Source: Squalus acanthias (taxonomy: Eukaryota). Taken from it: a stretch of 64,000 nt of DNA. Within the stretch, counting starts at the first letter, position 1, and each line of letters starts with the position of its first letter. The notes beneath the pieces are model-generated. The model saw only the letters and a list, made by a program, of their open reading frames with translations. It made no database searches and was not told the DNA's origin. Both the position numbers and the translations under genes were made by a program. The stretch is from assembly GCA_030390025.1 (NCBI GenBank), contig CM059432.1, forward strand, positions 47,742,001 to 47,806,000. The letters run 5' to 3'. Below are positions 24,320 through 37,559 of this stretch, in pieces.

Positions 24320-24590
24320 ACATTTAATTAGAACTCTAATGAAGAGCCCATCCCAAAATGCTAATCTATCTTCTCTCTTTCAGATGTTGAATGACTGGCT
24401 GTTCATTTCTGTTTTTATTTCATTAATTTAGTAATCTGGCATAGTAGGGATTCATAATTTATCAAAAAAATACTTGAAATTTAATTTCAGGACAATTTCA
24501 TTAGTTAATAGGTTTCTAGTAATAACAACAATTTTAATAACACTGAACAATGAGTTGTTTTGACAATGGTTACTCATAATGACTCATGTG

Positions 24591-24745
24591 CAACATTCCC
24601 TCTAAGCTGCGTGGCCACGCAGCTCTCTGCTGGTTCCACGCAGCCCGGGACCAGCTTTTCCAATGTTAAATTTTGCACAACTGTGAATGGGCCGCACAGC
24701 CCCTTAAAGGGGCTGCACACCCAAAAACAATTAGCGGGAACATTG
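24591..24745. mobile_element. hAT-type MITE, 155 bp
   Basis: Imperfect TIR CAA(CA/TG)TTCCC(T/G)CTAA with an 8-bp TSD CTCATGTG. Confidence 0.85.
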
Positions 24746-25767
24746 CTCATGTGTACAATTATTTTGGATGTTGCAGTGATGCACTGAGTGGTAGAATGTG
24801 AGTTTGCACCCATGATTCCCAGCATGAGAAGTTCCTGATCACAGCAATTTAAATAAATGATGTGGCCTTTTACATCTAGTCTTAAAAATCAACAATAAAT
24901 TAGAGTTGAGCTGTTAGCTAGTAGCATTTGCATTGTTTAATTCTAGTCAGTTTAAAAACAGGAAGAATTGGAATATAATAGAGCTGTTCATAATGCAGAA
25001 TATTCCGTAAGTATACTAAGCACATACAGTGAGTCTATCATAGGTGTACTGTTGAGAAAGAAATGAGAATCAGCTACATTGGTGACTGCAATTTTAACTT
25101 CCTCTGGGTATTATGTGCAAAGAAATCCTAAACCCATTCTTTATAAACGGTTTTACATATTAGACATAGCACACAAAGGAATCTTACCTTGCAGTTTTAG
25201 TCTTGGTAAAACAATACCATTATAGTGGTGTAATGTTGCAATATCAGAAGCAAGTGCTTATATCTGAATCAGGATATGAAGTACCATCAGGAGATTACTG
25301 AACATAAACAAAGATGAGGAGAAAAAAAAGCAACAGGTGTTCCCAGGCTACACAGGGGTGATTTAGTCATGGCTCCAGTTCCTCACTATCTTACATCCTT
25401 TGTTACATTCTTCAGTGTGTGTGAAGGGAGTGGGGGTGGGGGTGATGCTGGAAGGATAGGCCTGAGATTTGTATGTTTGGAGCCGTCATGGTCAAACACT
25501 CTGCCAACACTCGCTGTCGAGGTTTACACGCAATGCCCGTTTTACTTATGATCATGGGACTTATTTAAATGTTCCCAATATTTTGCTGTGTCTGGCAGTA
25601 ATATTAAATAGGGGGTAGTGAGCAGAAATGGTGCAAAGTTCTTCTTTGTATTGCACAGGATGTTTTTAGAAAAAAAGTGAAATTGTTTGGTATCACCTAG
25701 CAAAGGTTCTAACCTAAAGATGTACAAAAAGTGCCTGCGAGGAAATAACTGCTTAAATACATACAAC

Positions 25768-27848
25768 GGGGGGAATTTTTGGGGGGTTTAGCGGGCGCGA
25801 TCGGTGGTGGATTGGGTGGAAACCCGCTGTCAACCCGCTGCCACGGGACTTTCCCAAATGTTGGGTCTGTCAGGGATGAAAAGACCTGACACACAGTGGC
25901 GGGGGAGGCACTTCAGGTCATTATGACCTTGATAACAGCCCATTAAGAAGTATTTTGAGCTCACCTTACTATTTTACGAGGTCGGCCACGGGGTCCACGC
26001 TGCTCGGGGATCACGTCAGGTGAGGAGGTCGGGAGTTGTATCACCATGGGATCATCTCATTACTTGACAACTGCAAATGTGCTATAAAAGCTCCCATCTC
26101 ACAGCTGTTCACTTTTCAAGCTCAGAAGCTGTTGCTTACTGCATTTGGAAGACAGATTGAGCTTTATGCAGGTTGCAAGTGTTTAGAGTAAACTCTCTAT
26201 CCAGTGTCACCTCATTGGAACAACCTCTCTCACCTTTGACAGATCACTTCTGTCATCTCAAGTTCACCTGCCATCTATTACATCAGCATCGGTGCCCTTG
26301 AAACTATCTCACCTTGGTCCTCAGAATCCCACCACAATCAACCCCAACACCAGCAGCACCAGGCACACCAGCAGCACCAACAACAACACCAACATTCTCC
26401 GCAATCAACTGATGCTGCATTGGACACAGGGCATCAGCACCTGACCACATTGCTGCCTGGGAGGCCAGGGATGGCCTCACCATGGCCAGATTTACTTCAC
26501 TTGACGCTGTACACTCTGACTGCCACATAATACTCCAGGTTAGCACTACCCTTCACCAACACCATAAAGCATCCCTACAATGCCCAAGCCATTTGTTTCA
26601 CACTCAAGACCATTGCGGGGGGTACCGTTATGTCTCACCATTCACTGCAACTCACTAAGCCACTTCCAAAGGTGCACACAAATCTGTCCAAGAACACAAA
26701 GTGTTGAAAATAAAGATTTCAATGTTTGACACCACATTAACAGAAACTTTACATGAACATTGCATAAAACACCCAAGTGCCTACCCTTGTGAGTTGTTAG
26801 TTGGTATGATTGCACTAGGATGAGGGTGAGTGTGAGGGGTGGCTAGTGAGGTGGTGATGTGATAATATATTATTAGAGAGGGATGGGTGGAGGTGCAAGG
26901 TTAGTTGGTGTGAGTAAGGATGTGCAGGAGTAGGGTAGGGAAGGCAGAGTGATGGGGATGTGATGAGTGGCACAGCAGGATGAGGTTGAGTGTGGCTTTG
27001 CAGTAACGTTTCGTGATCTACTGAGATCATTAAAAGGTTTGCGCCACTGCAGCCTGGTCCTCCTGACGACATCCCTGCTTGTGTCCTGCTGTGCAACATG
27101 CAACCAGGCTGTGTTGGTCTCCTGTGGAGGTTTCTTCTGCCCATTGGAAGGAAAGAGAACTGCCCTGCGTGCTGTGACTCCCTCCATAAGCATATGGAGG
27201 GAGTCATGGGAGAGCCTGGGTGCAGCTGTGCACCTCTGTGCAGTGATTGTCAGTGTTTACAGCACTTCAATGCTGTAGAACACTGACAGCACAACTGTCA
27301 AAATCAATTTGCACATGGTCCCTTTAAGGAAACCGGCTGATGACACGTCATCAAATGATGTCATCAGACCGGCTTCCTTCAACATGTCAGATGTTGAGAG
27401 GCCATGGGTGTTAGGTTGCTTACATAGATAATTCAATTAAAAGGCAACAATGCAAGGCAATAAAAACAGTAAAGTGCATAGTTGACCAAAATAATGACCA
27501 CAATGTAAAAAAATGGTTCTATTGTTCCTTTAGTCAGACAGTACAGGTCTGAATGTATCCACACGTACTATATTTTCTGCTCCAGGCACCTCTGAGGAAG
27601 ACAGTAGTGATGTTCATTTCAGGCATGTCTATAGTAGGCATAAGGAAGTGATGATTTAAGAAAGACTGACTTGCATTTCAAATGACATCACCCGCTTCCT
27701 TCAATTGGCTGGCAAACGCGCTGGGCGGGCTTAACAAGCCCAATCAACGTAAAATCATTCTACACAGCGGGCTGGAGCCATCAGCGGGGTCGGGACCCGC
27801 TCTGACGTCGCCCGCCATGGACCTGCCGAGGTTGGGGAAATCACGGCC
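25768..27848. mobile_element. Non-autonomous Harbinger derivative with Myb-like remnant
   Basis: TSD AAC; right TIR GAAATCACGGCC; minus-strand remnant EGVTARRAVLFP..AWLHVA..RKPFNDL. Sibling at 50957-52695. Confidence 0.85.
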
Positions 27849-29585
27849 AACATTTCAGGTCGATGACCATTCATCAGAACTCGAAAATGTTACAGATGTA
27901 AGAGGTTTTAAGCAAGTACAGAGGCAGGGAAAGGAGTAAAGAACAAAAGGGAAGGTCTGTGAAAGGGTGGAAGGCAGGAGATATTAAATGACAAAAGGGA
28001 TGATGGTGCATGGTAAAAGGGGGTGGTAATGGGACAAGTAAAGAAGCAGAAGATGGGTCTAGAAGAAGTGTAATAGGAATAGCAGAATCAGCACCTGCTG
28101 TCCAAAAAATGGGGGCAGTGATTATGATCTGAAGTTGTTGAACTCAATGTTGAGTCCGGAAGGCTGTAAAGTGCCTAATCTAAAGATGAGGTGCTGATCC
28201 TCGAACTTACGTGAGCTTCATTGGAACAGTAGGAGGCCGAGGACAGAGAGCACAGAGTGGGAGTAGAGTGTAGAATTAAAGTGACAGGCAACCGGAAGCT
28301 CAGGGTCACGCTTGCTGACTGAATGGAGGTATTTAGCAAAGCGGTCACACAATCTGCGTTTGGTCGCCCCAATGTAGAGGAGACCACATTGTGAACAGCG
28401 AATACAGTATACTAAATTGCAAGAAGTACAAGTAAATCACTGTTTCATCTGGAAGGAGTGTTTGGGGCCCTGGACAGTGGGAAGGGAGGAGGGGGTGTTG
28501 GGAATGATTGAGGAGTGGACCAGGCTTTCGCGGAGAGAACAGTCCCTTCGGAATGCTGAAAGGGGAGGGGAGGGGAAGATGTGTTTGGTGATGGGATCAT
28601 GCTGGAGGTGGCAGAAATGGCGGAGGATGATCTGTTGAATGTGGAGGCTGGTGGAAGGTGGAAGGTGAGGACAAGGGAAACCCTATCGTGATTCTGGAAG
28701 GGAGGGGAAGGGGTGAGAGCAGAAGTGCAGGAAATGGAACAGACACGGTTGAGGGCCCTGTCAACCACGATGGAGGGGAATCCTCGGATGAGGAAAAAGG
28801 GAGACATATCGGAAGCACTAGTATGGAAGGTGGCACCGTCAGAGCAGATGTGACGGAGACGGAGAAACTAGGAGAATGGAATAGAGCCCTTACTGGAAGC
28901 GGGGTGGGAGGAAGTAGTCAATGTAACTGTGGGAGTCAGTGGGCCTATAGTGGATATTGGTCGATGGCTTATCCCCAGAAATGGAGACAAAGAAATTGAG
29001 GAAGGGAAGGGAAGGGTGGAAGTTGGAAGCAAAGTTGATGACATTTTCCAGTTTGGGGCGAGAGCAGGAAATGGCATCAAACAACAACAGCGCCACCCTT
29101 GTCAACAGGTTTAATGACACTGTTAGGGTTGGATCTGAGAGAACGGAGTGATGCAAGTTCAGAGGGAGGTAGGTTGGAGTGAGTGAGGGGAGCAGAGAAA
29201 TTGAGACGGCCGATATCACGCCGGCCGTGCCAAATGAAAAGATCTAGAGAGGGTAAGAGGCCAGAGGGAGGGGTCCAGGTAGAACGAGAATTCTGAAGAT
29301 GGAAAAAAGGGTCCGCTGTGTGGGGGAAGACTCCTGGGCGAGGAGGCGAAAGTGACGGAAAAAATGCTCAGCGTTGTGCCGAGCTTGAAATTCATTGAGG
29401 TGGGGGCGTAAGGGGATGAAGCTCAGGCCTTTGCTGAGGACTGATCGTTCGGAGTCAGAGAGGGGAAGGTCAGAGGGGATAGTGAAAACACGGCAGAGGG
29501 TGAGATTGGAAGAAGGAATGGTGTCAGAGGAAAGTGAAGGGGAAGAAGGTTCCAGAGGGGTATTGGTATCCAAGAGTTGTTGAAG
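27849..29585 (-). mobile_element. Older degenerate Penelope-like element
   Basis: Homologous to the young PLE (GIY-YIG, RT remnants). It also keeps an N-terminal region (LSDSERSVLSKGLSFIP) missing from the young copy. Hammerhead core CTGATGA..GAAA at 27849-27881. Confidence 0.9.
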
Positions 29586-29994
29586 CATCTCAAGGCTCAA
29601 CTGCATCAGCTAGATGATGGAAAAACGACTATTTTGGATTACCTCTGTAGCCAGGAGGCAGAACTGAGTCAACAGATCACTTCCTTACCAATTAATTGAG
29701 TTTTAAATCATTTGTTTGTACTAGGTACAATGTGACTGTTTCAAGGTTTCCTGAGGATTTGGCAGGAACATCTAAGTCAGCGTGTATCCTTTGTAGTTAG
29801 GATACAGTCAGATATCTAAAAGCACTATCCGTGCATTCACACTATCTACAGGACATGGGAGATGTCTTAGTAATATGTATGAGTTCCTGTAGAACAGAAC
29901 CAAATGGCTGAAAATTGAAGTTAGGTAAAATAATGATTCACATTAATAATTGTTGTCCTTCATTGTCAGTTGTTAGTAGTAAGCACACTCATCA

Positions 29995-30240
29995 AAAGTT
30001 CTTTATGCAGTATGTTGTTGGAACATGGAATGCTTTTCCACAAGGAATGGTTGAGGCAGAGACCATTGCATATTTGAAGAGAAATGTGGATAAATATTTG
30101 AAGCAGAGGAAGATACAAGGTTACGGGGAGAGAGCAGGGCAGTGGGTTTAGTTTTGGAATGCTCTATACTCTATCAGAGAGCAGGCACATGCATAATCAG
30201 CTGAACAGTCTGTTTCTGTGCTGTAACCGTCTATGGTTCT
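29995..30240 (+). mobile_element. Old CR1 3' end
   Basis: FFMQYVVGTWNAFP...IQGYGERAGQW followed by a CR1-like 3' UTR. Confidence 0.75.
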
Positions 30241-30567
30241 AAGTGGTCACATAATATAGAGAACATCTTTGTAAGGTATGGCTAACAGCCCACCCTGGCA
30301 AGTGATACTTGATTAATCATAGACCAGGAAAGTAATATATCAAAAAAAGAAATGATAAGTAGTGTCAAAATTAAAAACAAAAATAATTCTTTATACTCTT
30401 GAATAAAATAGACTTTAAAAAAATCAAATGATTTCAAGTTAAATAGTAAAAATTTGTAAAAAGCTATGTTTATATAAAATGCTGCTATATCAGTGCTGCC
30501 CTAACAGCCCTGAATGTATCTCTGAGTACCCAAGTCACGGTTGCTACACAAAGCTCTTAAGCTTCAT

Positions 30568-31461
30568 GGGGGAAAAATTCAGTATCGCCCCGTTTGGGGC
30601 GCAATTATCGGCCGGGCGCAAAGGTTAGCACCTGGCGCTAATTATTGCCTCCGACTGCAAACTTGACTTTTATCGACCCCTGGAGGTGATTGGAGCGCTA
30701 AATCAGGCACTACACATCTGTCTTAAGGCGCAAAGGCCGAGGAGCGAGGCGCTAACTCAGAGCGCTGGCGAAGCTCATGTGATGTCAGTCAGCAATGGAA
30801 CACAGACACAATGGCCCCGGCCAGTTCTTAAAGGGGAGGGTTGATCTTGCTTTCCATCCACATCCTGCTCATTGCAGCCTTGAATCTCGGCCTGGAGAGA
30901 CCTGTACATCAAATCTGCTGGAACGAACAATGGAGAGGCCCAGGGAAAGAGCTCAGAGTGCAGCCCCCACAGTCTCTTCTAAATCGATACAAGGAAGGGC
31001 AAATCAAAATGAACCTGCAAAGTGCTGCTCAGTACCCAAAACTCCTTCACACAGCGTTGAATCTCTCCAGAAGTCTCTCTCTCTCTCTCTCAGAATGCGT
31101 GGTTCAAAAATATCGCCAACAAAAAAAGGCAGGAAGCAGTCGCCTTTAAATAGCGCTCCCCCAGTCCCTTCCTGGCTGCAAAACGCTCCCCTCAACCTGT
31201 CGTTGCTAGCGGCAGGCGGTAAGGCAGGGGGCGCCACTCAATATCCGCTCCGGGGCGCTACCGGGGCATTGCGCACTCAACTGACGTCACGATCTGCCGG
31301 CGCAGGAGATCGTGGCTGTACTGTTTAGCGCTGCCGCAAAATGTCTAGTTAATTTCGCGAGCAGCGCAAACATCGCCGCGCCCGGGCGCTAGATGCTTTG
31401 CGCCCCATTAGCGCCCTCTTAAGGCGCTAACGGGAGGCGCAACCAACTGAATTTTTCCCCC
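30568..31461. mobile_element. Harbinger-type MITE (family A, opposite orientation)
   Basis: Perfect 15-bp TIR GGGGGAAAAATTCAG, TSD CAT. Confidence 0.92.
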
Positions 31462-32649
31462 CATGTTTATAATGTCCTAGATTTTCTGATCTGGTGGGAA
31501 TCCCGCTGGTTTTGTGGTGGTGCTAGCTTAGTGTATCCCCATCTCCCTGCGCTTTACCCTGGCAGATCTCCCCAGGTCAGAGTGCAGTATTGCTATGTTA
31601 ATGATGGCAAACATGTCAGATGAGATATTCCTATTATTAACTGTCACCTCTGGCAGAAGATCTTGGAACTGGTAGTAGAGATCAGAGAGCCAGCAGAATG
31701 GCTCCCTAAAACATTTCCTGCTTCAGTCCACCTCAAGACTGCCCTAAAATGGGCAGATAAAAAAGTGGAGCCAATGCCTCGCAAAGAACATGTACCACCA
31801 AGAACATGAAAAATAACATATGTAGCATGAAACATAGCACATGGGGGGTCTGGTGGATGAAGCAAAATGAATGCAAAACAAAATTACAATTTGTTGTTAG
31901 ATTTCAATCAATGGTATTATAATAGTCTAATTTTACTGTAGGCAATCTGCATTTCATTCATAGAGGCCACAGAAGTTCACTTTCATTTCAACAAAATGAG
32001 CTGCTTCAATTACTCATTGCAAAACCTCTTTGGCAAAGGTGAGATCAATCTCTGGGGTAGCTCTCATCATCAGTGCAGACACAGTGCAAGTTCCTAGAAG
32101 TATAGCCACAAATAGGATTCACATCCATGACATGGTAATGCTTTGACTGCTACCATTTCCCCTCTACTGTCTGCTGCTTCCTGTTACCAGTTGCCTTTCC
32201 TCCTTCACAGAAGCTGCCTCTCCTCTCTGCGAATCGCCACTATTCCCACGAGTTGCCATTTTCCTTCTCTCACCAGTCAACACTCCCCCATAAAAGTCTG
32301 CGTACATGTACACATATGCATATACTTCACATCATTCAGCATCGAAGAGAAGCATGTCTGCGACATGTATGCAGGCGCAGATTTTTTTTTGACAGTCACA
32401 TTCCTCATTTTCTGCTGAAGTCACAGTGCTGAGCAAGTTGCACCTCCTTGTTTTGTCGCTTTGTAATCCAGGAAATTCACACGTTCTTGCAACATGATTT
32501 CTTTGATAGAAGAAACCCACACACTTAATGACTTTCTTGTTAAGGAAGTGTCATTGACAAAGAATTTATTTCTCGTACCAGGTGTGAATATTCTTGGCAG
32601 AAAAATGTTATGAGTATTCTGCCACTGGCATAAATAGGACACCTCCACT

Positions 32650-33182
32650 AAACAACAACAACTTGTATTTATATAGCGCCTTTAACGTAGTAAAACGTCC
32701 CAAGGCGCTGCACAGGAGTATTTTAAGACAAAAAATTTGACACCGAGCCACGTAAGGATAAATTAGGGCAGGTGACCAAAAGCTTGGTCAAAGAGGTAGG
32801 TTTTAAGGAGCGTCTTAAAGGAGGAAAGAGTTAACGAGGCGGACAGGTTTAGGCAGGGAATTCCAGAGCTTAGGGCCTAGGCAACAGAAGGCACGGCCAC
32901 CAAAGGTTGAGCGATTATAATCAGGGATGCTCAAGAGGACACCGGGAGAACGGCCCCAGCGCTTCTTCAAATAGTACCATGGGACCCTTTACATCTGCTT
33001 GAGTAGGAAGACGGGGCCTCAATTTTATGTCGCATCAGAAGACAACACCTCCAACAGTGCAGCATTCCCTCAGTACTGCGCTAAAGTTTCAGCCTAGATT
33101 ACGTGCTCAAGTCTTCAGAGTGGGGTTTGAACCCACAGCCTGCTGACTCAGATGTGAGGGTGCTACCACTGAGCCAGGGCTA
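32650..33182 (-). mobile_element. L2 3' end joined to a Deu-type SINE fragment
   Basis: aacaacaacttgtatttatatagcgcc L2 tail (32650-32940), followed by the reverse complement of the SINE head and core (32940-33182). Confidence 0.75.
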
Positions 33183-33447
33183 ATACTTCAAAGTTACTGT
33201 TTGGAATTACAAACTTGTAGCTTTTTTCCTACAGAAAATATATAGGAAGCTGCTCAACATTGAAAAATTGTGGCGGGGGGGAGTTTGTTTCTTTTGCAAA
33301 AGGTTCTCTTGTAAGGATTTGTTATGTATCCCACAACTTATCTATTATTTCAAAGATGATTTATTATAGTTTACAAATTGATTATGGTTTTCTACTGGAT
33401 CTTCCGAGCCATTAAATTAGTAAATCTGGCAAGTTTACTTTGGACAA

Positions 33448-34492
33448 AAGCAAAACTGTGGATGCTGGAAATCTGAAATAAAAACAGAAAATTCCGGAAA
33501 CGCTCAGCAGTATCTGTGGAGAGAGAAGCAGAATTAATGTTTCAGGTTGATGGCCTTTCGTCATAAGCAAGTACAGAGCCAGGGAAAAGGGCGGGGCGGG
33601 TGAGGTCTGTGATAGAATGGACGGCAGGAGTGATTAAATGACAAAAGAGATGATAGTGCAAGGCAAAAGGGGGTGGTATTGGGAAGAGATGCAACACCCG
33701 CCCTTTCACCTCCTCCCTGCCCACTGTCCAGGGCCCCAAACACTCTTTCCAGGTGAAACAGCGATTTACTTGTACTTCTTTCAACTTAGTATACTGTATT
33801 CGCTGCTCACAATGCAGTCTCCTGTATACTGGGGAGACCAAACGCAGATTGGATGATCGCTTTGCTGTACACCTCCATTCAGTACGCAAGCGTGACCCTG
33901 AGCTTCCGGTCGCTTACCACTTTAATTCTCCAATTCACTCGCACTCTGACCTCTCTGTCCTTGGCCTGCTACACTGTTTCAATGAAGCTCAATGTAAGCC
34001 TGTGGAACATCACCTCATCTTTCAATTAGACACTTTACAATCTCCTGCCTCAACATTGAGTTTAACAACTTCAGATCATAATCACTGTTCCCATTTTCTC
34101 AGACAGCAGGTGCTGGTACTAGTTCTACTGTTACCATTTCCACCTCCTCTGAACCCATCTTTTGTTTCTTTACCTGTCCCTTTACCATCTCCTTTTGCCT
34201 TGCGCATCATCCCCTTTGTCATTTAATCACTCCTGCCTTCCACCCTATCACAGACCTTCCCTTTTGTTCTTTCTTCCCACCGGCCTCCTTTTTTTCTGGC
34301 TCTGTACTTGCTTACAAATGACTAAATCTCGAACTTCTTCCACTTCTGATGGAGACCGCATTGTGAGCAGCGAATACAGTATACTAAGTTGAAAGAAGTA
34401 CAAGGAGTGTCATCAACCGGAAACATTAACCGTGTTTCTCTCTCCACAGATGCTACCTGACCTGCTGAGTATTTCCAGCATTTTCTGTTTTA
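33448..34492. mobile_element. Older fold-back Penelope remnant
   Basis: Minus-strand pLTR/3' UTR at 33448-33685, then plus-strand GIY-YIG (LYTGETKRRL) and pLTR to ~34492. Confidence 0.85.
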
Positions 34493-34738
34493 AGTTTACT
34501 TTGGAGGTGCTTCTGGCTGCGTGAGACATGCACACGCGGAGCTAATAACACTGGTACAGCACTAATCCAGTATAAAAGTAGTTTACAATATGATTGTCTC
34601 CTGGAACAGGGGCTGTTTATACTATGGAGTACAGCCGAGGGCGTGCAACTCACACTCTGCAGTCAACTCCATAGAAACTTACGGCACAGAAGGAGGCCAT
34701 TCAGCCCATCGTGTCTGTATAAGCACTGGCTGAATTTC

Positions 34739-34814
34739 TGACAGGGGTCGGATTCGAACCCACAAAGAGATCGGAGCCTTAATCTAACACCTTAGACTGC
34801 TCGGCCACGCTACC
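34739..34814 (-). pseudogene. tRNA-Leu(AAG) pseudogene
   Basis: Reverse complement GGTAGCGTGGCCGAGCAGTCTAAGG...TTAAGGCTCC...GGGTTCGAATCC. Variable-arm deletion and stem mismatches. Confidence 0.8.
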
Positions 34815-35010
34815 ACTCCTGTAAAAGTGACTCAACAGAACAGAGACTTCTTTAATACAACAAAATACCTGTCTCCATCATTGGAACATACATGTTTACC
34901 GTCCATATTTCAGATAAATCCAGAGAAGTTGGACTTGCAGTAAAGGCTTGTACTGTACTGTGCTGACTGTATTGAGAAGAGATATCTGTTAAAAGCTCAG
35001 AAATTAGCAG

Positions 35011-36812
35011 CGGGGAGCACTCCGGAGCAGGCCGCAGCCACCCATAAGGAGTCTGCAGCTGTTAGTGGGAACGTGGAGGGGATCCGATCCCGACCCCGGG
35101 AGGAATCCGATCCCTCGTCGGGGGATCTTTGGATGGGGGGGTCTGATTGGGGGAAGAGATACCTGTTAAAAGCTCAGAAATTAGCAGTGTAGTTAAACCC
35201 AAAAAGTTCATTTTGTTAATATCACAAATCATTTTACTGTCAATTTTAATGGACAGAAACATATTTTTGTCCATCACTTGACTCAGGTCACAACATTCCA
35301 ATCATGATTCCTCTCTGGGTTTGTCTGTTCTTTAAAATATATATTTTGCTCCTCCCTTTTTCCAGTTGTTTTAATATGCCTGTCTGCCTCTTATTTTCCC
35401 ATTTTGAAGAAGGCTCTGCACTTGAAATGTTAACATGTCTGTTCTCTTCATAGCTGTTGTCTGAACTGCCGTGTGTTTTCAGTATTTTCTGTCTTTGTTT
35501 TACATTTCCAGCATCTGCAGTATTTTACTTGTTAATGAATCCGGTCAAGTTTTCACTTCATTACTCTATTGCTGCAGTGTAAATAACACAGTGTACTGCT
35601 CTTGCAATGGGTCTACTCTGAAAACCACTGTATAACACAATGCATTGTTGGGCTCCTAAATTAGCACCATAATCTTCTGCTTTTTACTGAATAACTACAA
35701 TGCCTTCCCTGTTTACCAAAGTATACAGTGACTCCATTCACACTTCATATCACTACCAACATCAAGTATATTTAAATTCTGCAAATATCCCATGTTCAAG
35801 CAGTAACAAAGTTATATTTGACAATGATATAAAGTTGAAACATTTTCTATGAGTAATTAGTTATAAAAGTGACAAAATAAAAACAACCAGATCACCATGT
35901 TTTCTTTGCACATTACCCTTATACTATCTCCTAAGTCAATTCTGTAGATGCTGGCTCTGAATTTTCTTGGGTGCTGGGGCAATGTCCCAGCACAAAAGTG
36001 GTGGAGATGGACTGGTGGGGGCAGAAACTTGGGTAGAACCCGGAAACACTTAGGGGTGAATTTTAACCCTTAAAAACGGGTGGGTTGGGGTTGGGTGAGA
36101 TATAAAAATATTTAAAATCTCAAACCCTACCCCAAACCCACTTACGAGTTTAACGGAGGTGGGACAGGGAGCGGGACGCCAGCCTGCTCCCAGGAGGCCG
36201 GTTGGCCATTTAAATTATATAATGAGGCTGGGAGCCTCACATTTAACTTCCCTTACAGGTTTAACCCTGGCTGGCCAGGTTTCCCAGGCCTCAGGAAATC
36301 CGGCAGCTGAAGGGCGGCGAGGACACCTTTGGGGAAAATCTAAGTTCCTGTACAGCACTGCTTATGGGCCAGGAGGAACAGGAGTGCTGCCCCGCCGCCC
36401 CCCCCCACCATCCCCCCAAGTTTACCTGCTTCCCTGGAAAAAGGGAGGAGCAAAATATATATTTTAAAGAACAGACAAACCCAGAGAGGAATCATGATTG
36501 GAATGTTGTGACCCGAGTCAAGCGATGGACAGAAATATGTTTTTGTCCATTAAAATTGACAGTAAAATGATTTGTGATATTAACAAAATGAACTTTTTGG
36601 GTTTAACTACACTGCTAATTTCTGAGCTTTTAACAGGTATCTCTTCCCCCAATCAGACCCCCCCATCCAAAGATCCCCTGACGAGGGATCGGATTCCTCC
36701 CGGGGTCGGGATCGGATCCCCTCCCGGGGTCGGGATCGGATCCCCTCCACGTTCCCACTAACAGCTGCAGACTCCTTATGGGTGGCTGCGGCCTGCTCCG
36801 GAGTGCTCCCCG
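35011..36812. repeat. ~355-bp inverted duplication (35011-35365 vs 36434-36812)
   Basis: Near-identical ORFs on opposite strands (35062-35301 minus, 36498-36761 plus). Confidence 0.9.
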
Positions 36813-37559
36813 CCCGATTGGAAGCCAAGCCTGTCAATCAAGGTGACTGCCGGGTGGGGATCCTGTCAAAAAAATACACAATCTGTGGAGTTAAAATCCC
36901 CCACTCGGAAAACCCGCCCCTGTCAATATTGGGGCCTTTGTCTCTGCACCTAGGAATTCCCACAGGGGTGGTAGAGGCGATAGTTCATCTGCCCATAAAT
37001 GGCCTGACCAGAAAAGGAAGCAATGCCAGCAGGGTGGCATTACCCATTGGTTTTCCCACAGCTTCCACCTGTTAAATGCCCAATAAGGTAAATGCTGGAA
37101 AGATACCGGAAAGGCGCAAGTGTGGAATGCAGGGATGTTCCGACTTGGGTCTCAGCCTGGATATCCACTGAAATGAATTTTTCTTCCTAAAGATCTCAAA
37201 GCCAGAATGAGAAGGCAGTGTAACAGGTTGTAACAGAGAATGGAGGAGGCAAACCCAAACATTTGTAGACTGGATTGAGAACTTCATGAAGAAAAATTTA
37301 TTCCTTGATGTATTACATTCCAGCTCTACAGTGTTGCTGTTTATAGTATACAAACAAAGGATCTGCATTTTGAGAATATCGATCAAGAAAACGCAAATAA
37401 AAACAAATGGCTTAATATTCATGTTGTATGTTATTAAATAAATTAAGTAAGTAATGGTTTGATAGTCACACAATAAAGCATCCATAATGGCATCAATGTA
37501 GTCCATATCAGTATGCACAATATGTAATCCAATTTACTAACAACAAGAGTGCCAATCTT

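Noticed and set aside
34739..34814. Functional tRNA-Leu gene
   Set aside because: Acceptor, anticodon and T stems have mismatches and the variable arm is partly deleted.
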